Assembly: GCA_964016885.1 (NCBI GenBank)
Contig: OZ024754.1
Span: 13,578,001-13,642,000, forward strand
Reading direction: 5' to 3'
DNA: 64,000 bases
Source: Eledone cirrhosa
Lineage: Eukaryota
Both the position numbers and the translations under genes were made by a program. Shown piece by piece: positions 56,229 through 64,000 of this stretch (positions are counted from its first letter, which is position 1; each line of letters starts with the position of its first letter). The notes under the pieces were generated by a model, which saw nothing but the letters and a program-made list of their open reading frames with translations, searched no databases and was not told where the DNA came from.

Positions 56229-56538
56229 CAGTGCTACTCAAAATGGTGGTCCGTGGACCGGTGCCGGTACGCGAGCCATCAGCTACCGGTACGCGGCCAG
56301 TGTCCAGTCCATGCTAAGGAATCATTTGAGGAATTGTTTTTATTACTTTTTTATATGTTTTGATATTGTATTATTTGTTTACAAAATAAATAGAAGATAA
56401 AAAAATGGTCAACTATTATTATATTCATTATATATATCGTTTCCAGTATAAATTAATATTACTACGAAATATTAGCGGTACGTGGCACATTGGGGAAAAA
56501 ATGCCGGTCCGCCATATAAGTTAGTTTGAGAAGCACAG
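56229..56538. mobile_element. hAT (Charlie-like) MITE
   Basis: TIRs CAGTGCTACTCAAA / TTTGAGAAGCACAG; imperfect 8-bp TSD CTGTAAGT / CTGTAGTA. Confidence 0.75.
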
Positions 56539-56561
56539 CTGTAGTATATTATAAGACATTG

Positions 56562-56750
56562 TGGATTGGCAGTATCGGTAGAGGGTCGGACGCCATGCTT
56601 TGCAGCAAAGAGTTACGGTCCTTGCTATTCTGAGTTCAAATCCCGTCGAGGTTAACTTTGCCTTTCATCCTTAAGAGGTCGATAAAATAAAGTACCAGTA
56701 ATGCACTGGGTAATTGCTGGCCTTGTGTCAAAAGTAGAAACAATTATTAT
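56562..56750 (+). mobile_element. Family-1 SINE
   Basis: SINE consensus. Confidence 0.9.
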
Positions 56751-56827
56751 ATATTTAAAAATAAATTATTATTTAGTACATAAATGATTATGCATGAATA
56801 TAGATCTTATTTAAGTATATATATACG

Positions 56828-57465
56828 GCATAGGTTAACTATAACGTTCGTGAAACTGAAAGTGGATTTTCTGACAAGTGAATGTGTTTGTTTTTACAAT
56901 GAAATTTACGATACACTCTTTGTTTATTTACAACAGGTCTCTATAGTGATATGGTGTTAATTAGTATTGCGTGTGTGATTATTTTCTCTTATATATATAT
57001 GTGTGGGTGTGTATATGTGTGTCTGTATGTATATATATATGTGTGTTTGTATATATGTATGTGTTTGTGTCATCATCGTTTAGATGTTTTTGTAATACCT
57101 TGCCAAAGTTGGCACCAACTATAAACAAATTAAGGCCGGGTCATAAGAAGGACAGAGAATGATAAGGGATTTGGGTAAAAACATCTAAACGATGATGATG
57201 ACACAAACACATATATATATATACAAACACACATATATATATACATACAGACACACATATATATACACACATATACACACCCACACATATATATATAAGA
57301 GAAAATAATCACACACGCAATACTAATTAACACCATATCACTATAGAGACCTGTTGTAAATAATCAAAGAGTGTATCGTAAATTTCATTGTAAAAAAAAA
57401 AAAAACACATTCACTTGTCAGAAAATCCACTTTCAGTTTCGCGAACGTTATAGTTAACCTATGCC
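56828..57465. mobile_element. Fold-back element (~265-290-bp arms, ~85-bp spacer)
   Basis: 56828-57091 mirrored at 57177-57465. Confidence 0.85.
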
Positions 57466-57913
57466 TATATATACATAGATTTATAGAATTATAAATGAGC
57501 GTAGGAGAGATCAAGTAATAATATATATGTATTTTATACATATACTTTAAAGAATGTGAAAGTAATTATATTTTTTAAGTAAAATGCATAGTATCACGGT
57601 ATAATCAATTATTGCATATGGTTAGTAATATGATATTTAAACAGTTATGCAAGTTGAAATATCTCGTATATGTGAATTGTAAAAAAGAAATTTTTGGTGA
57701 GATAACTCTAATATTTAGTATTTTAAAGAAAGCTTAAATATTAGTACCCTTGAAATGCGTATAATAAAATAAATATGGTTTTATAAAGATATTTTCCATT
57801 TATTAATATTAGTAATATTAATGATACTCCAGATTAGTGCTTCTAATCTGTTATAAAATTAACTTTGTTGAATAATCAACAGACCATATAACTTATTGTT
57901 TATATATATGTAT

Positions 57914-59279
<1,366 letters not shown>

Positions 59280-59418
59280 CTATCTATAGTTATGTATATA
59301 GTATAAACAACTATAAACAGGAAGGTCAGTAATTTCTTAATTACCTTATTACCAGTAAGAGAAATAGCTCAATGTACGAACATCAGTTGTTTTACAGAGC
59401 AGTTAAATAAATTAATTA

Positions 59419-59644
59419 ATAAATAAATTATGCAATTATCAAAGTTGTGTTCAAATCATTTAATAGCTGACAATCGTTTCTTCCAAACTCTCGTTTGGAA
59501 TCATCGGAGCATTATCAATGTTTCAACATAGGAGGGTAATTATATGTACAAACATTGATAATGCTCCGATGACTCCAAACGAGAGTTTGGAAGAAACGAT
59601 TGTCAGCTATTAAATGATTTGAACACAACTTTGATAATTGTATA

Positions 59645-59654
<10 letters not shown>
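59419..59654. mobile_element. Fold-back element (~105-bp arms) carrying a hammerhead variant
   Basis: Right arm GCT-CCGATGA-CTCCAAAC GAGA GTTTGGAA-GAAA-CGATTG-TC-AGC. Confidence 0.8.
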
Positions 59655-60436
<782 letters not shown>

Positions 60437-60705
60437 GCTTAGCTCTGTTTCTCGACCGTTATATCGCGTGACTATCTCCCCCTCCGCCTTTTGGGATTCT
60501 TTCTCACGTCGTGTAGACGCGTTCTTGAGACTAGTAAAATGAGGTATCCTCTTGATAAGTCGGCAGACCTCGCAGGGACTCTATATCTTTATGATATATT
60601 GTTTTTGTTTATGCCACGAAACTACGTAGTCGAGGAATTTAGGAGCAGTTTAGGTATGATACATTTTATTACTAATTATATCTAAATGTTTCTTCTCTCT
60701 TCATA

Positions 60706-60777
<72 letters not shown>

Positions 60778-60839
60778 ACAGAACTCAAAACGATAAGTTC
60801 TTGTATTGAATATGTCACTATCTGTAAAACAACTTTTGT

Positions 60840-60899
60840 ATTTTATCTGATGGGAGCGTACCAAAAATGTTGGTACCCTTGAAATATATATAATAAAAT
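60840..60899 (+). ncRNA. Hammerhead motif (family A; core A9 mutated to G)
   Basis: ATTTTAT-CTGATGG-GAGCGTACCAA AAATG TTGGTACCCTT-GAAA-TATATA-TA-ATAAAAT. Confidence 0.55.
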
Positions 60900-60941
60900 A
60901 ACTATCGTTTTATAAAGAGTTTCCATTTATTAATATTATTG

Positions 60942-61079
<138 letters not shown>

Positions 61080-61496
61080 GTATATATACCTGAATGCATG
61101 TATGGATGTATATAGCCTCACGGGGTTCATATTTCTTTAGCGGGCGGCCATTTTTTTCCCTCTAATTTTGCTCACAAAATAAGTATTACTTTCATAAACA
61201 GTTTGGTAAAAGCTTCCAGATTTCTGAACAATCTCTCACCATATTCTATTAACGTAAAATAACGCATTGCAATTAAAATTTTTCATATTATTTTTTCAAA
61301 AAGCGATCGTTAAACATGAATGACTCAATCAAATGATATTTTAAAGTCCACAAATTTTCAGTCATTTATAATAATGACTATAATGGAAATTGCAGAGGAG
61401 CAAAACAAACAGACGCCATTATAAACATTTCACAAGAATGATTCAAGTGAAAATTGATTCTTCTCATAAATCAGACAGAATTATCTCGACACCCTG

Positions 61497-61610
61497 AGTA
61501 GTGTTAGTAGTAGTAGTAGTGGTAGTGGTAGTAGTAGTAGTAGTGGTGGTGGTGGTGGTGGTGGTGGTGGTGGTGGTGGTGGTGGTGGTGGTGGTGGTGG
61601 TGGTGGTGGC

Positions 61611-61681
<71 letters not shown>

Positions 61682-61716
61682 CAGTAGTAGTAGTAGTAGT
61701 AGTAGAAGTGGTGGTA

Positions 61717-61793
<77 letters not shown>

Positions 61794-61826
61794 AGTAGAA
61801 GTAGTAGTAGTAGCAGGAGCAGCAGC

Positions 61827-61858
<32 letters not shown>

Positions 61859-61871
61859 CAGGAGCAGCAGC

Positions 61872-61916
<45 letters not shown>

Positions 61917-61993
61917 GGTGGTGGTGGTGGTGGTAGTAGTAATAGTAGTAGTAGTAGTAGTAGTGGTCGTGGTGGTGGTAGTAGTAATAGTAA

Positions 61994-62024
<31 letters not shown>

Positions 62025-62090
62025 CACCATCTTCAGCTCAACAGGGTTGAGCTGAAGATGGTGAGAGATTTACTTAGATATTGAGTGCAC

Positions 62091-62131
<41 letters not shown>

Positions 62132-62208
62132 GCTGTTGCTGTTGTTGTTGTTGTTGTTGCTGTTGTTGTTGCTGTTGTTGTTGCTGTTGTTGTTGCTGCT
62201 GTTGTTGA

Positions 62209-62241
<33 letters not shown>

Positions 62242-62577
62242 TGTTGTTGCTGTTGTTGTTGTTGTTGCTGTTGTTGTTGTTGTAGTAGTGGTAGTAGTAG
62301 TAGTAGTAATAGTTGTTGCTGGTGGTGGTGTTGTTGTTGTTGCTGTTGTTGCTGTTGTTGTTGTTGTTGCTGGTGTTGTTGTTGTTGTTGCTGTTGTTGC
62401 TGTTGTTGTTGTTGTTGTTGCTGGTGTTGTTGTTGTTGTTGTTGTTGCTGCTGCTGTTGTTGTTGTTGCTGTTGTTGTTGTTGCAGGTGGTGTTGTTGTT
62501 GTTGATGCTGTTGTTGTTGTTGTTGTTGTTGTTGCTGTTGTTGTTGTTGCCGTTGTTGTTGTTGCTGTTGTTGTTGC

Positions 62578-62620
<43 letters not shown>

Positions 62621-62670
62621 GCTGCTGCTGTTGTTGCTGCTGTTGTTGTTGTTGTTGTTGTTGTTGTTGC

Positions 62671-62701
<31 letters not shown>

Positions 62702-62829
62702 GCTGTTGTTGTTGTTGTTGTTGTTGCTGCTGCTGCTGTTGTTGTTACTGTTGTTGTTGCTGTTGTTGTTGTTGTTGCTGTTGTTGTTGCTGTTGTTGTT
62801 GTTGCTGTTGATGTTGCTGTTGTTGTTGC

Positions 62830-62863
<34 letters not shown>

Positions 62864-62902
62864 GCTGTTGTTGTTGTTGGTGGTGTTGTTGTTGCTGCTG
62901 TT

Positions 62903-62933
<31 letters not shown>

Positions 62934-62972
62934 TTGTTGTTGCTGTTGCTGTTGTTGTTGTTGTTGTTGTTG
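61497..62972. repeat. (GTA/GTG)n and (GTT/GCT)n trinucleotide arrays
   Basis: Direct reading; separated by a short hairpin at 62024-62064. Confidence 0.95.
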
Positions 62973-63204
62973 AGGTTATAAATTATTCAATTCATTGATA
63001 TTTTATGAATCTGATCACGTTTATTGTTGCTGGCGGTATTTTGGATTCTGCTTGCATTGCTGTTAATGGTGATGGTGGTGGTGGTGATGGTGTTGATGAT
63101 ACCATAATTGCTATACTGCTTGTTGTTGTTGTTGTTGTTGTTGCCTATATTAACGTATGTTGCTAACAGAGATGACAAGCTTTGGATGATGATGATGATT
63201 ATAT

Positions 63205-63231
63205 GTGTATTGTATGTGTGTGTGTGTGTGT

Positions 63232-63264
<33 letters not shown>

Positions 63265-63792
63265 CTGTATATATTTGTGTGTGTGTGTGTGTGTGTCTAT
63301 GTATGTGTGTTTCTGTCTATGTGTGCGTGCGTGTGTTCTGTATATATGTGTATGTGTGTTTGTGTGTGTTTCTGTCTATGTTTGTGTGTGTGCGTGTGTT
63401 CTGTATATATGTGTATGTGTGTATGTGTGTGTGTGTTTCTGTCTGTATATATGTGTATGTGTGTGTGTGTGTTTCTGTCTATGTGTGTGTGTGCGTGTGT
63501 TCTGTATATATGTGTATGTGTGTGTGTGTGTGTTTCTGTCTATGTGTGTGTGTATGCGTGTGTTCTGTATATATGTGTATGTGTGTGTGTGTGTCTGTCT
63601 GTCTATGTGTGTGTGCGTGTGTTCTGTATATGTGTATGTGTGTGTGTGTGTTTCTGTCTCTGTGTGTGTGCGTGTGTTCTGTATATATGTGTATGTGTGT
63701 GTGCGTGTGTTCTGTATATATGTGTATGTGTGTGTGTGTGTATGTGTGTGTTTCTGTCTGTGTGTATGTGTGTGTGTGTGTGTTTCTGTCTG
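63205..63792. repeat. TG-rich compound minisatellite
   Basis: Recurring GTGTTTCTGTCTAT / GTGTTCTGTATATAT units. Confidence 0.9.
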
Positions 63793-64000
63793 TGGTTCGT
63801 GAGTTCGAGTTCAGGATACCAACACGCTGTACCCTTGAGCAAGTTATTTTATTCCTTACATCCTCCATTTCAGTCAGATGAGAAAAAATTAGCTCTACCT
63901 GTAATTAGAGGTATAGTGTCACGTGTGTCAAGCTAAATCTCCCTGAGGACTACGTTAAGATTGCGCATGTCTATGGAGTGCTCAGCCACTTACAACTTAC
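63793..64000 (+). mobile_element. Family-2 SINE (degraded, runs off the window end)
   Basis: GAGTTCGAGTTC (B-box-like), CCTTGAGCAAG, GACTACGTTAAG..GGAGTGCTCAGCCAC. Confidence 0.7.

Larger units (their letters stand above)
55617..57816. mobile_element. ~2.2-kb region bounded by inverted family-A termini (hammerhead motif 55662-55720, -) with nested insertions
   Basis: 55617-55699 is the reverse complement of 57733-57816. Confidence 0.7.

Noticed and set aside
61464-62998. Poly-Thr/Val/Leu ORFs (mucin-like)
   Set aside because: Pure trinucleotide arrays with no supporting splice context or unique coding sequence

Overview
AT-rich, repeat-saturated eukaryotic DNA with no recognisable intact host gene. 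The SINE, LINE and (TA)n content suggests a coleoid cephalopod, probably Octopus (inference, not verified). It contains two large satellites (43-bp and 50-bp units), many micro/minisatellites, and decayed non-LTR retrotransposons of several clades (Tx1/L1-like, RTE-like x2, R4/Dong-like, and a CRE-like element with an N-terminal PHD finger). It also has Penelope-like (PLE) remnants, more than 20 tRNA-derived SINE copies including SINE-derived tandem arrays, mariner- and hAT-type MITEs, and Helitron-like ends. The most notable signal is a set of short, mostly (TA)n-flanked, often fold-back elements from several unrelated families. They carry minimal type I hammerhead-ribozyme motifs (about a dozen read by eye, with covariation in one family). 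In three cases the end of an inverted arm coincides with a ribozyme landmark (helix I/core boundary or cleavage site), which suggests ribozyme-linked, PLE/retrozyme-type mobilisation. All calls are by eye, without database searches or folding software, and boundaries are approximate.
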